Program-made: the position numbers and the translations under genes
Shown: positions 1-8,996 of the stretch, one piece after another
Numbering within the stretch: position 1 is the first letter of the stretch
How the letters are laid out: every line of letters starts with the position of its first letter
Assembly (NCBI GenBank): GCA_034667725.1
Contig: JAXDQS010000001.1
Coordinates: 32,001-96,000, forward strand
Direction: 5' to 3'
From: Thermoplasmata archaeon
Lineage (GTDB): Archaea > Thermoplasmatota > E2 > JACPAO01 > JAHFTW01
DNA length: 64,000 nt
The notes under the pieces: model-generated
What the model was told of the DNA's origin: nothing
The model's database searches: none
Seen by the model: the letters and a program-made list of their open reading frames with translations, nothing else

Positions 1-153
1 GAGTGGACCCCCGAGACCGGCGCCCGCGAGATCGCCCTCCAGTTGCGCTCCGGCCGCCTCGCCGACGCCCCGCCGACCCGCACCGTCGAATGGTACAAGC
101 ACCTCATCGCGACGCAACCGCAGGAGCTCGCCGCCGATGGCCCCATCCTCTGA
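1..153 (+). CDS. C-terminal fragment of a probable NAD-dependent epimerase/dehydratase (partial at window edge)
   Basis: Frame +1 is open from base 1: EWTPETGAREIALQLRSGRLADAPPTRTVEWYKHLI...PIL*. It overlaps the rmlD start and sits in a nucleotide-sugar context. Confidence 0.5.
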   Translation, partial: EWTPETGAREIALQLRSGRLADAPPTRTVEWYKHLIATQPQELAADGPIL

Positions 154-988
154 GCGCATCGTCGTCCTCGGCGCCACCGGCCAGCTCGGCACCGACGTCG
201 TCCAGGCCGCCCGCGGGCGCGGCCTGACGGTCGTTGGGCTCGCCACCGCGGGCGCCGACGTGACCCGGCCGGAGAGCCTCGCCGCGGCGTTCGCGGCGCA
301 CAAGCCGACCCTGGTCGTCAACTGCGCCGCGTTCCACCAGGTGGACAAGTGCGAGGACGACCCGGCGCAGGCGTTCGCGGTGAACGCCGTCGGCGCGCTC
401 CACGCCGCCCGCGCCGCCAAGGCGGCGGGCGCGCGGACGGTGTACGTCAGCACCGACTACGTGTTCGACGGCCGCAAGCCCGTGGGCAGCGCATACGCCC
501 CCGAGGACGCGCCCGGCCCGCTCAACGTCTACGGCGCCAGCAAGCTCGCCGGCGAGCAGCTGACCCGGCAAGCCGACCCGGCGGCCCTCGTGGTCCGGGT
601 CGCCAGCCTGTTCGGCAAGGCCGGCAGCCGCGGCAAGGGCGGCAACTTCGTCGAGAACATCTTGCGGAAAGCCAAGGCAGGCGAGCCCGTCAGCGTCGTG
701 GCCGACCAATGGATGAGCCCCACCTGGACCGTGGACGCCGCCGCCCAGATCCTGGACGCAGCGCTTGCCGGCAGGACGGGCACCATGCACGCCACCAGCG
801 GCGGCTCCTGCTCCTGGTGGGCCTTCGCCCAGGAAGCGGTTCGCGCCGCCGGCCTGGAGGTCGTCGTCAAGCAGGGCTCGGTCAAGGACTGGCCCAGCAA
901 GGCGCAACGGCCCGCGAACTCGGCGCTGGCCGGCGGGGACGACCAAGGCTGGGTCCGCGCGGTCAAGGCCTACGTGCGGTCCGGGTGA
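137..988 (+). CDS. rmlD: dTDP-4-dehydrorhamnose reductase
   Basis: GATGQLG Rossmann motif, VNCAA, STDYVFDG, PLNVYGASKLAGE (YxxxK), DQxxSPT. Confidence 0.9.
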   Translation: MAPSSERIVVLGATGQLGTDVVQAARGRGLTVVGLATAGADVTRPESLAAAFAAHKPTLVVNCAAFHQVDKCEDDPAQAFAVNAVGALHAARAAKAAGARTVYVSTDYVFDGRKPVGSAYAPEDAPGPLNVYGASKLAGEQLTRQADPAALVVRVASLFGKAGSRGKGGNFVENILRKAKAGEPVSVVADQWMSPTWTVDAAAQILDAALAGRTGTMHATSGGSCSWWAFAQEAVRAAGLEVVVKQGSVKDWPSKAQRPANSALAGGDDQGWVRAVKAYVRSG

Positions 989-1755
989 CCACCGTGCTTG
1001 GAATCCCGCGGCAGCTCCTGTGGAACCTCGTGCTGCGCGAGGTCCGCCTGAGCCACCGCCGGATGGGGCTCGGCATCCTCTGGACGTTCATCAATCCCCT
1101 CGCGCTCATCCTGATCTATTTCCTGGCGTTCCGCTATGTCCTCGGCGTCCAGCCGACCCCGGAGTACGGCCTGTTCCTGACCTTGGGCATCCTGCACTGG
1201 GACCTGTTCAACCGCATCGTCACGCGAGCGCCGGAGTCCATTGTCGCCAACGGGAGCCTCATCGACAAGGTGGCGTTCCCGCGCATCGTCCTGCCGGCTT
1301 CGGTGGCCGTCTCCGAGCTGGTCCAGCACGGGTTCGTGCTGGCCGCGTTCGTGTTTTTCTACTACCCCTTGGGAGGCAAGCTGTGGGCGGGGGTCGCGCT
1401 GTACCCCGTCATCCTGCTGCTCGGCTGGATGTTCTGCCTGGGCCTGGCGATGCTGCTGGCGGCCCTCACGGTGTTCGCCCGCGACCTCATCCATGTCGTG
1501 GCCATCATGATGCGGGTCGGCTTCTTCCTGACGCCGGTCATCTACGACTTCACCCGGGTCGCGGAGCCTTGGCAGACCATCCTGGCCCTCAACCCGTTCG
1601 CGGGCTATCTGGAGGGCATCCGCAGCGTCCTCTACCGCCAGTCCTACCCGAGCCTTGCCACATGGGCCCTCATGGTCTTTGCCGCGGCCGCCACCCTCGC
1701 GCTCGGCAAGTGGGTCTTCGAACGCACCCAGCGCCGCTTCACGGAGTTCCTGTGA
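985..1755 (+). CDS. wzm: ABC-2 polysaccharide export permease (Wzm/TagG-like)
   Basis: GTG start overlaps the rmlD stop. Motifs LGILWTFINPL, LIDKVAFPR, FFLTPVIY, LNP; multiple TM helices. Confidence 0.88.
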   Translation: MTTVLGIPRQLLWNLVLREVRLSHRRMGLGILWTFINPLALILIYFLAFRYVLGVQPTPEYGLFLTLGILHWDLFNRIVTRAPESIVANGSLIDKVAFPRIVLPASVAVSELVQHGFVLAAFVFFYYPLGGKLWAGVALYPVILLLGWMFCLGLAMLLAALTVFARDLIHVVAIMMRVGFFLTPVIYDFTRVAEPWQTILALNPFAGYLEGIRSVLYRQSYPSLATWALMVFAAAATLALGKWVFERTQRRFTEFL

Positions 1756-2465
1756 TGGAGCCGGTCATCGAGCTGGCGCACGTGAGCAAGCGCTTCGTCC
1801 GCCGCACCGAAGGCAGCCGGCCGTTCCGGGACTTGCTGCGACTGGGCCAGCCCGCCGAGGCCGACCGCTACCTCTGGGCCCTGCGGGACGTCAGCCTCCG
1901 CATCCACCAAGGCGAGGCCGTCGGCATCCTGGGCCGCAACGGCGCCGGCAAGAGCACCATGCTGAAGATCATCGCCGGCACCATGCAGCCGACCTCGGGC
2001 AAGGTCACGGTCCGTGGCACCATCGCGCCCCTCTTGCAGTTGGGCGCGGGCTTCACGCCGCAGCTTTCCGGCCGCGAGAACCTGTTCCTCAATGCCTCGT
2101 TCTACGGCCTGACCCGCCGCCAAGTGGTCGCGCTGTACGACGACATCGTGGAGTTCGCCGAGCTGCGCGACTTCATGGAGATGCCTCTGGGCCACTATTC
2201 AAGCGGGATGCAGATGCGCCTGGGCTTCGCCATCGCGATCCACCTCAAGGCCGACATTCTGCTGGTGGACGAGGCCTTGGCGGTCGGCGACCAGGCATTC
2301 CAGCGCAAATGCCTGGAGAAGGTGCGCGAGCGCCGGCAGGACGGCTGCACTTTGGTGCTGGTGTCCCATTCGCCCGAGACCATCGCGCAGTTCTGCGAGC
2401 GCAGCGTCGTCGTCGAGGGCGGCCTGGTCGTGCCGGGCAAGGCGGGCGGGCCCCTTGGCGACTGA
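1755..2465 (+). CDS. wzt: ABC polysaccharide export ATPase (Wzt/TagH-like, no C-terminal carbohydrate-binding domain)
   Basis: ALRDVSL, Walker A GRNGAGKST, YSSGMQMRLGF signature, LLVDEALAVGD. Confidence 0.9.
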   Translation: MEPVIELAHVSKRFVRRTEGSRPFRDLLRLGQPAEADRYLWALRDVSLRIHQGEAVGILGRNGAGKSTMLKIIAGTMQPTSGKVTVRGTIAPLLQLGAGFTPQLSGRENLFLNASFYGLTRRQVVALYDDIVEFAELRDFMEMPLGHYSSGMQMRLGFAIAIHLKADILLVDEALAVGDQAFQRKCLEKVRERRQDGCTLVLVSHSPETIAQFCERSVVVEGGLVVPGKAGGPLGD

Positions 2466-3549
2466 AGCCCGCGCCGAGCCCCGCAATTTTGGCTTGGACG
2501 TGCTGCGCTGCTTCGCGATCGGCGCAGTCCTCGTCTCTCACCTCGGCACCCACTTTTTTCAGCCCTTCCACCCCGGCTTGCATCCGTTTCTGGTCGGCGC
2601 CTCCGTCGTCGGGGTCGAGGCGTTCTTTGTCCTGAGCGGCTTCTTGATCGGCGGCATCCTGCTGCGGCAGTTCGCGCCCGGCCGCCCCGCGTCGTTGCCG
2701 CAGGCCCGCGACTTCTGGGTCCGACGCTGGTTCCGGACCCTGCCGAACTACTATCTGTTCGTCGCGGTCAACGCCATCGTCTTCTGGACGGGCCTGACCC
2801 CCTACCCCATGCGGCCAGAATATCTGCTGTTCCTGCAGAACCTTTGGACGTTCCCGCCGGGGCCGTTCGGCGAGTCCTGGTCCCTGTCCGTGGAGGAGTT
2901 CTTCTACCTCCTGTTGCCGCTGTTGATCCTGCTGGCCTGCTGGCTCGTGCGGGCCCGCCAGGCCGCGCTGCTCGCTGCCGCCTTCGCCCTCATGGCGGTC
3001 CCGACCGTCGCACGGCTTGCGCTTGCAGCGGCCGGGACGGAGCCGCAGCCTTGGAACGAGGGCACGCGCTCGGTCGTCCTGCTGCGCCTGGACGCCCTCG
3101 GCTACGGCGTGCTGGGCGCCATGGCCGCCGCCTGGCGGCCCGCCCTATGGAACGCCCACTGCGGTGCGAGAGCCGTCGTCGGCGTGGCGCTGGCGGCGGT
3201 CGGGGTCTGGCTCTGCGTGCGACTGTTCTTCGGCCTGGACGCCCCGCTTGCCTACCTCCTGAGCCTTCCGCTCGTCTCGGCCGGCATCCTGCTCACGCTT
3301 CCCTGGCTGGAGGCGATCCGCCCCTGGGGCCGGACGTCACGGGCGGCGGTGACGGCGACGAGCAAGTATGCCTACTCGCTGTATCTCTGCCATACGCCTC
3401 TGGCCTACTTGGTGCTGGCGACCATGGGCGCGGGTCCGCTGCAAAGCCTGGTCTGGTTGGGGGCCGCCTACGCGGTGGCCGCGCTGGTGTTCCACGGCTT
3501 CGAGCGACCGACGACGGCGCTGCGCGAGCGGTTTGCCAAGCGTGCCTAA
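2455..3549 (+). CDS. Acyltransferase-3 (OafA/YrhL-like) membrane O-acyltransferase
   Basis: GLDVLRCFAI..V..SH, GVEAFFVLSGFLI, RRWFRTLP, WSLSVEEFFY, YSLYLCH. Confidence 0.88.
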   Translation: MATEARAEPRNFGLDVLRCFAIGAVLVSHLGTHFFQPFHPGLHPFLVGASVVGVEAFFVLSGFLIGGILLRQFAPGRPASLPQARDFWVRRWFRTLPNYYLFVAVNAIVFWTGLTPYPMRPEYLLFLQNLWTFPPGPFGESWSLSVEEFFYLLLPLLILLACWLVRARQAALLAAAFALMAVPTVARLALAAAGTEPQPWNEGTRSVVLLRLDALGYGVLGAMAAAWRPALWNAHCGARAVVGVALAAVGVWLCVRLFFGLDAPLAYLLSLPLVSAGILLTLPWLEAIRPWGRTSRAAVTATSKYAYSLYLCHTPLAYLVLATMGAGPLQSLVWLGAAYAVAALVFHGFERPTTALRERFAKRA

Positions 3550-5126
3550 CGGCGCCACCGCGGCAACCGGAGCGCCGCCTCCAGGTCGCCGAGCAGGCTG
3601 CCGTCGCCATAGCCCGGCGACGACTGGGCGGCCCGCAGGTGGCGCAAGGCCTTGCGGCGCTTGCCGAGCGCCAGCCACGCCTGGCCGAGGGCGTGGTGGG
3701 TCCGCGCCAAGGTCACCGGCTCCACCGCCATCGCCTGCGGCGGCGCCAGCACTTGCTGGAGCGCCTGGATGGCCTGCTGGGGCCGGCCAAGCCGGAGGTC
3801 CAGCCAGCCGGCGTGGAACAGCGCCCAAGGGAGAAGCTGCTGGGCCTCCGCGGTGAAGAACACGTCGTGGCCCACAAGGGCAGACTGGACGGCGGCCGCG
3901 GCATGGAAGCCGCGGCAGGCGCGCTCTTGGTCGCCGTCGGCGTTCAGGGCCAGCATGGCGTCGTGGTACAGCAGGTTCCCGATGCAGTAAGGCAAGTGGC
4001 GCCCCCAATCGGAGAACGACGTGGCCAGGCGTGCCCGGCGTTGCGCCTCCGCCGGCTCGCAGGCGCCCGGCCCGTGGACCGCCTCTGCGGCGGCCTTGGC
4101 CTCGCGCAGGGCGGCGCGGGTGGCGTCGTGGCGGCCGGCGTGGCCGTGCTCGCCGGCCAGGCGGGTGGCGACGCCCAGGCGCAGGCGGTCAGGAGTCTTG
4201 TCCTCGGCCAGGAAGCGTTCCAGGTACGACAGGTATTCCGGCCCGTGCCCGCCGAGCCGGGGCGTCGCGAACGGCTTGCGGCTGGCGAACGCGATGAGAC
4301 GGTCGTTGCGAGGCAAGACCACGACGTGCGCGAAGCCGGCGCGCCGCAACAGGCCGGCGAGGCTGTCGGCCCCGAACAGCAGGACATGGTAACCGGGCGA
4401 GAGGTTCGGCACCAGGGTGGCCAGGTCCGAGCCAGAATCGGCCACTTGGGCGTTGGGCGTCGTGAGCACCAGCAGCCCGTCGGGCGCCAGGTAGTCTCCG
4501 AGCAGCCGGGCCAGGTCGACCGGGGTGGAAACGTGCTCGATGACCTCGGAGCAGAACACGAAGTCGAACGTGCGGCCATGGAGCGCGGGCACGTCCTGGA
4601 CGTAGGCGTGGTGGATGTCGAGCCCAAGCCGCGCACGCCCTTCGCGGCCGAAGTAGCCTGGCTCGCAGCCGACGACCGCCGTGCCCCAGAGCCGGCGGGC
4701 CGCGTCCAAGGCCAAGCCGTAGCCGCAACCGACCTCCAGCATGGAGCGGAACGGCCGGGCCGCACGGGCCGTGGCGACCAGGTCCACCATGAAGCTGATC
4801 CCGGCGCCCCATTCGACGTAATGCTGCAGGCCGCTCTCCTGCGCGAAGTAGTCCGAGGCCGCTTCGGCGCCTTGGTCGTAGGCGGGCAGCCGGAACGGAT
4901 GGAAGTAGACGCTGCCGCACGGGCAGGCGTAGAGGTCGAGGCGGCCTTGGTCGAGCACGGAGGCGACCGACAGGACCTGGGGCTTTGGCGTGGCGTCGCC
5001 GCACGCCGGGCAGCCTCCGGCAGGCTTCGGGGCCTTGCTTCGAGCCCAGCGCAGCCCGAGCGTCTCGGGCCGCATCCCCACGGAGGACTGCTCCGCCTGC
5101 ACGCCGTCCGGACCCCAGGCCAGCAT
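3546..5126 (-). CDS. Class I SAM-dependent methyltransferase with N-terminal Cys motifs and C-terminal TPR-like helices
   Basis: CPACG/CPCG, LEVGCGYG, FDFVFCSEVIEHV, LVLTTPN. Start uncertain (5126 or 5075). Confidence 0.75.
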   Translation of the reverse strand: MLAWGPDGVQAEQSSVGMRPETLGLRWARSKAPKPAGGCPACGDATPKPQVLSVASVLDQGRLDLYACPCGSVYFHPFRLPAYDQGAEAASDYFAQESGLQHYVEWGAGISFMVDLVATARAARPFRSMLEVGCGYGLALDAARRLWGTAVVGCEPGYFGREGRARLGLDIHHAYVQDVPALHGRTFDFVFCSEVIEHVSTPVDLARLLGDYLAPDGLLVLTTPNAQVADSGSDLATLVPNLSPGYHVLLFGADSLAGLLRRAGFAHVVVLPRNDRLIAFASRKPFATPRLGGHGPEYLSYLERFLAEDKTPDRLRLGVATRLAGEHGHAGRHDATRAALREAKAAAEAVHGPGACEPAEAQRRARLATSFSDWGRHLPYCIGNLLYHDAMLALNADGDQERACRGFHAAAAVQSALVGHDVFFTAEAQQLLPWALFHAGWLDLRLGRPQQAIQALQQVLAPPQAMAVEPVTLARTHHALGQAWLALGKRRKALRHLRAAQSSPGYGDGSLLGDLEAALRLPRWRR

Positions 5127-5134
5127 AAGGCTGC

Positions 5135-6886
5135 TCACTTCAGGCGGGGCAGCATCGGCTCCGACAGGAACCATGCGAGGGCGGGGTTCGCGTACGGGTC
5201 CGCCGCCGGCACCAACGAGCGGTCTGCGCGTGCAGCCTCGTGGAACAGGCCGCCATCGAAGGGGCGCGGCTGGCCCGGGCGGACCGCCTTTGCGCACGGC
5301 GTGAACATGGCGTGCTGGCCAGCTTGGCGGGCCCGCAGGCAGAAGACCGCAAGCATCTCGTCCAGGTCGGCGCTGGCAGGGGTGCCTTGCGCAGCCAGCG
5401 CCGTCGCGGGAATGGCCACAAGGTCGGGCGCGACCACGAGGTGGCGGCGATACCACGTCGTCGAGCCGAACAGGCTGAAGTGGTCCTGCATCCCCTCGAA
5501 CAGCGGCACCGCGGAGCCGGTCGGCCCGAGCACGCGGCCGGTCGCCACGATGTTGCCGTCCGGGTAGTGCACGGCGCCGGCCACGGCCGCGGCGCCTGGC
5601 CGGCGGGTCCAGCGCTCCAGCTCCTCCAGCCAGTCCGCATCCTGGACCAAGAGGTCGTCGGCAAGCAGGGCCACCATGCCGTCGGCCTGGGTGCGGGCTG
5701 CGTCCCACGGGACGGCCGAGGTCGGCTGGACGCGCGGGTCGCCCACGGCCAGCGCGGCCTGCCAGCGGGGGTCGCCGGGCGTGGCGGGGACCAACGCGCG
5801 CCACCGAGGGTGCCGGGTGGTCTTGCACAACGCACGCAGGCAGGCGGCCAGCCGGGCGGGCGGCGACGAACCCCAGACGACGACCAGGACGTTCGCGGGC
5901 GGAGTCGTCCAGGTGGAGCGGATGAGGCCGGGATGGTGGGCGTCCACCTTGGGCTCAGGAACCCCGAGGCGCTCCAAGTGGCGCCGGATGGCGGCCTCTT
6001 GGCTGAGGTAGACCTTTGGCTTGGCCGCGCCGGAGCTTGCCGTCGAGGCGGGCACCATGCGCCAATGGTACAGGACGCGGGGGACATGCGCGACCGCGTC
6101 GGTCCGCTCGGTGAGCCGGAACGCCAGGTCCCAGTCCTGCGACCCGTCGGTGGCGGGGTCGAAGCCGCCCAGGTCCCGCACCAGCCGCGCCCGGAAGACG
6201 GAGTGCATGAGATAGTTGGCGCACAGCAGCGTCTCGGGCGACCAGCCGGGCTTGAACCAGGGCTCCAGATGGCGGGTGCCGTCGGCAGAGACCTTGTCCT
6301 CGTCGACGTACACGATGTCCAGGCTGCGGTCCGCCACGATGCGTTCGGCGACCAGGAAAACGAAGTCGGGCGCGATGACGTCGTCGTGGTCGAGGATGGC
6401 CACGTAGTCGCCCGTCGCGAGGGCCAAGGCGGCGTTGGAGTTGCCCGAGATGCCGAGGTTCTCGGGCAGGAACACGGTCTTGATCCGCCGGTCTTCGGCG
6501 GCATGGCGGGCCATGATGTCGCGCAGGCGCTGGTCCTTGGAGCAGCCGTCGGCCAGGCAGAGTTCCCAATGCGGCGCGCTCTGGGCGCGGACGCTCTGGA
6601 TGGTCGCCTCGAGCACGCTCGGCGCGACGTTCCAGACTGGCGTGAGGAAGCTGATGCGGGGCGGGTCGTCCCAGGACGCGGCCACGCTGGCCTGACGGGC
6701 GAGCTCCGCGGCCGTGGGCTGCTTCTTGGCCAGCCACTCCTCGTAGCGGCGCCACGAAATCAAGAAACGGCGTTGGATCTCCAAGCCGATCCATCGTCTG
6801 GTCTTGCGCGCAAGAGGCCTCGGGCCCTCAGCGCGCAGGACACGCCAGGCTTGGCCTGCCAGGACGGGGAGGTCTCGGAGCCTCAA
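5135..6886 (-). CDS. GT2 glycosyltransferase, two-domain O-antigen-type
   Basis: ISFLTPVWN, WELCLADGCS, NLGISGNSN, ILDHDD, GSQDWDL, VLYHWR. TTG start overlaps the upstream stop. Confidence 0.85.
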   Translation of the reverse strand: MRLRDLPVLAGQAWRVLRAEGPRPLARKTRRWIGLEIQRRFLISWRRYEEWLAKKQPTAAELARQASVAASWDDPPRISFLTPVWNVAPSVLEATIQSVRAQSAPHWELCLADGCSKDQRLRDIMARHAAEDRRIKTVFLPENLGISGNSNAALALATGDYVAILDHDDVIAPDFVFLVAERIVADRSLDIVYVDEDKVSADGTRHLEPWFKPGWSPETLLCANYLMHSVFRARLVRDLGGFDPATDGSQDWDLAFRLTERTDAVAHVPRVLYHWRMVPASTASSGAAKPKVYLSQEAAIRRHLERLGVPEPKVDAHHPGLIRSTWTTPPANVLVVVWGSSPPARLAACLRALCKTTRHPRWRALVPATPGDPRWQAALAVGDPRVQPTSAVPWDAARTQADGMVALLADDLLVQDADWLEELERWTRRPGAAAVAGAVHYPDGNIVATGRVLGPTGSAVPLFEGMQDHFSLFGSTTWYRRHLVVAPDLVAIPATALAAQGTPASADLDEMLAVFCLRARQAGQHAMFTPCAKAVRPGQPRPFDGGLFHEAARADRSLVPAADPYANPALAWFLSEPMLPRLK

Positions 6887-7920
6887 ACGTCGCGGTCGAG
6901 CCGGCGCAAGGCCTTGGACGTTTGCCGCGCGGCCTGCAGGACGCCGCGGCCGGAGAGCAGCAGCCCGCGCCGCCGCAGCTCCTTGTCGGACACCGTTCGC
7001 CTTGCCTGGATCGCGGCCCGTTGCTGCAGCGCCGCCGGCATGGCCCCCAAGCCAGCCAGCGTGCCCCGCAGGCACGCAGCGGCGTGGCGGGGGCGGCCGC
7101 GCGCAAGCAGCGCGGCGGCCCGCGCGAGGTTGAGGCCAACCGACGCGGCCGCGGGCAGCACGGGGCGGGCGCGGTTCTTCAGCAAGGAGGCGAACCGGGT
7201 GCGGGTGCCCCAGTACAAGGTCGTCGCGGACTGCCTGCGGGTGGAGGCGCCGTAGCGGTGCCAGACGACGCTGCCAGGGGCGTGGAGGCAGCGGCCGCCT
7301 GCAAGCCAGACGCGGTGGCAGAAGTCGGCGTCCTCGGTGTAGAGGAAGAACGCAGGGTCGAAGCCGCCGTGGGCAAGGAAGGCGTCGCGCCGGAACAAGG
7401 CGGCCCCGCCGCAGACGGCGCCCGTCTCGCCCACGGATTCCCCTGCATGGGACGAGGCCGGCTCTCCAAGGCCGAGGTCGAGGCCGCCGCCCAAGGGCGA
7501 CAGGACGGCGCCGGCGTGGTGCAGCAACGGCATCGCAGCGGGCCGGTCACGCCACAGCAGGAGCCGAGAGCCCACGGCCGCCGCGTCGGGATGGAGGTCC
7601 GCCGCCTCCACCAACGTTCTCAGCCAGTCCCGCTCGGCCCGCGTGTCGTTGTTCAGCAGCACGACGCAAGGGGTCTGCACCATAGCGATGGCTTGGTTCA
7701 TCGCCTTGGCGAAGCCGAGGTTCTCGCCGCAGTCGTGCAGGCGGACCTTGGGGAACCGCGTGCGGACGAACGCCTGCGAGCCGTCGGTGGAGCCGTTGTC
7801 CCACACCAATACGTCGAACGGTTCGTGGATGTCCTGGGCAAGGACCGCGTCGAGGCACTCCTGCAGGTGGTGGCGGCCGTTCCAGTTCAGGACGATGACC
7901 GTGATGCGCGGCCCGGCCAT
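6883..7920 (-). CDS. GT2 glycosyltransferase (WbbL/rhamnosyltransferase-like)
   Basis: VIVLNWNG, DNGSTDGS, NLGFA, LLNND, FFLYTEDADFC. Confidence 0.85.
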   Translation of the reverse strand: MAGPRITVIVLNWNGRHHLQECLDAVLAQDIHEPFDVLVWDNGSTDGSQAFVRTRFPKVRLHDCGENLGFAKAMNQAIAMVQTPCVVLLNNDTRAERDWLRTLVEAADLHPDAAAVGSRLLLWRDRPAAMPLLHHAGAVLSPLGGGLDLGLGEPASSHAGESVGETGAVCGGAALFRRDAFLAHGGFDPAFFLYTEDADFCHRVWLAGGRCLHAPGSVVWHRYGASTRRQSATTLYWGTRTRFASLLKNRARPVLPAAASVGLNLARAAALLARGRPRHAAACLRGTLAGLGAMPAALQQRAAIQARRTVSDKELRRRGLLLSGRGVLQAARQTSKALRRLDRDV

Positions 7921-7948
7921 GTCGTCGCTTGGGGACGGATGGCGGGCA

Positions 7949-7954
7949 CTTAAG
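7949..7954. promoter_or_regulatory. Palindromic CTTAAG TATA-like box between divergent GT2 genes
   Basis: Main AT-rich core in the ~50-bp gap, ~22-34 nt from both starts. Confidence 0.5.
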
Positions 7955-7970
7955 AGTGGGATGGTTGGCC

Positions 7971-8996
7971 ATGCCCGTGGCAGGGCCCGCGCCGAAGGTC
8001 TCCATCCTCATCGCCACCTACGACGGCGCCCGCTTCATCCCCGACCTGGCCGCTTCGCTGGCGCGGCAGGAGGGTCCGGCGTTCGAGGTCGTCGTGGTGG
8101 ACAACGCCTCGCGCGACGGCACCGCCGACGAGGTCGCGCGCCTCATGCCGACGGCCCGCGTCATCCGGTCCGACCGCAACCTCGGCTTCTGCGGCGGCAA
8201 CAACCTCGCGGCCCGCAACGCGGCGGGCGAGCTCCTGGTGCTGCTGAACCAGGACACCGAGGTCCGGCCGGGGTGGCTTGCGCATCTGGTGGCGGCGGTC
8301 GAGGCCGACCTGACCGTCGGCGTGGCCCAGTCGAAGGTGCTGCTGCACCGCGACCCGACCATCCTCAACTCCGTCGGCTGCGGCTTCAACTACCTGTTCT
8401 TCGGCTGGGCCGACCGCAACGGCCAGAAGGACGACGTCGAGGGGCCGCCGTTCGAGGTGCCGTACTGCCAAGGCGCGTCGCTCATCATCCGGCGGGCGCT
8501 GTACGAGGAGCTGGGCGGCTTCGACGAGCCGTTCTTCATGTACCACGACGACCTTGAGCTGGGCCTGAAGGCGCGGCTGGCGGGGAAGCGCTGCGTCTGC
8601 GTGCCCGACTCCGTGGTGCTGCACAAATACAACGAGGCGTCGCCGCCCCAGAAGCTGTACCTGCTGGAGCGCAACCGGCACCTCATGATGTGGAAATACT
8701 ATGGTCGCTGGACCCGGTTCCTGCTGTGGCCGCTCAACGCCCTGATGGACGGCGGCATCTTCCTGCTTGCCATCCCGCAGCAGTGGTGGCGGGAGAAGCT
8801 GCGGGCCCACCGCGACGCCCGCCGGATGCTCAAGGCCGCCCGCGGCCCCAGCCCGCACCATCCCTACACCGACGCCCAGCTGGTGCGGCTCTTGGGCTGC
8901 CGGTTCGAGGCGGGCGCCGTGGCCCCAAGCTTCAACCAGAAGGTCGCGCGGTTCCTGATGCGGGCCTACTATCCCATCGTCAAAGCCCTCGCTTAA
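7971..8996 (+). CDS. GT2 glycosyltransferase
   Basis: VDNASRDGT, NLGFCGGNN, LLNQD, FFMYHDDLEL. Start at 7971 or GTG 7977. Confidence 0.85.
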   Translation: MPVAGPAPKVSILIATYDGARFIPDLAASLARQEGPAFEVVVVDNASRDGTADEVARLMPTARVIRSDRNLGFCGGNNLAARNAAGELLVLLNQDTEVRPGWLAHLVAAVEADLTVGVAQSKVLLHRDPTILNSVGCGFNYLFFGWADRNGQKDDVEGPPFEVPYCQGASLIIRRALYEELGGFDEPFFMYHDDLELGLKARLAGKRCVCVPDSVVLHKYNEASPPQKLYLLERNRHLMMWKYYGRWTRFLLWPLNALMDGGIFLLAIPQQWWREKLRAHRDARRMLKAARGPSPHHPYTDAQLVRLLGCRFEAGAVAPSFNQKVARFLMRAYYPIVKALA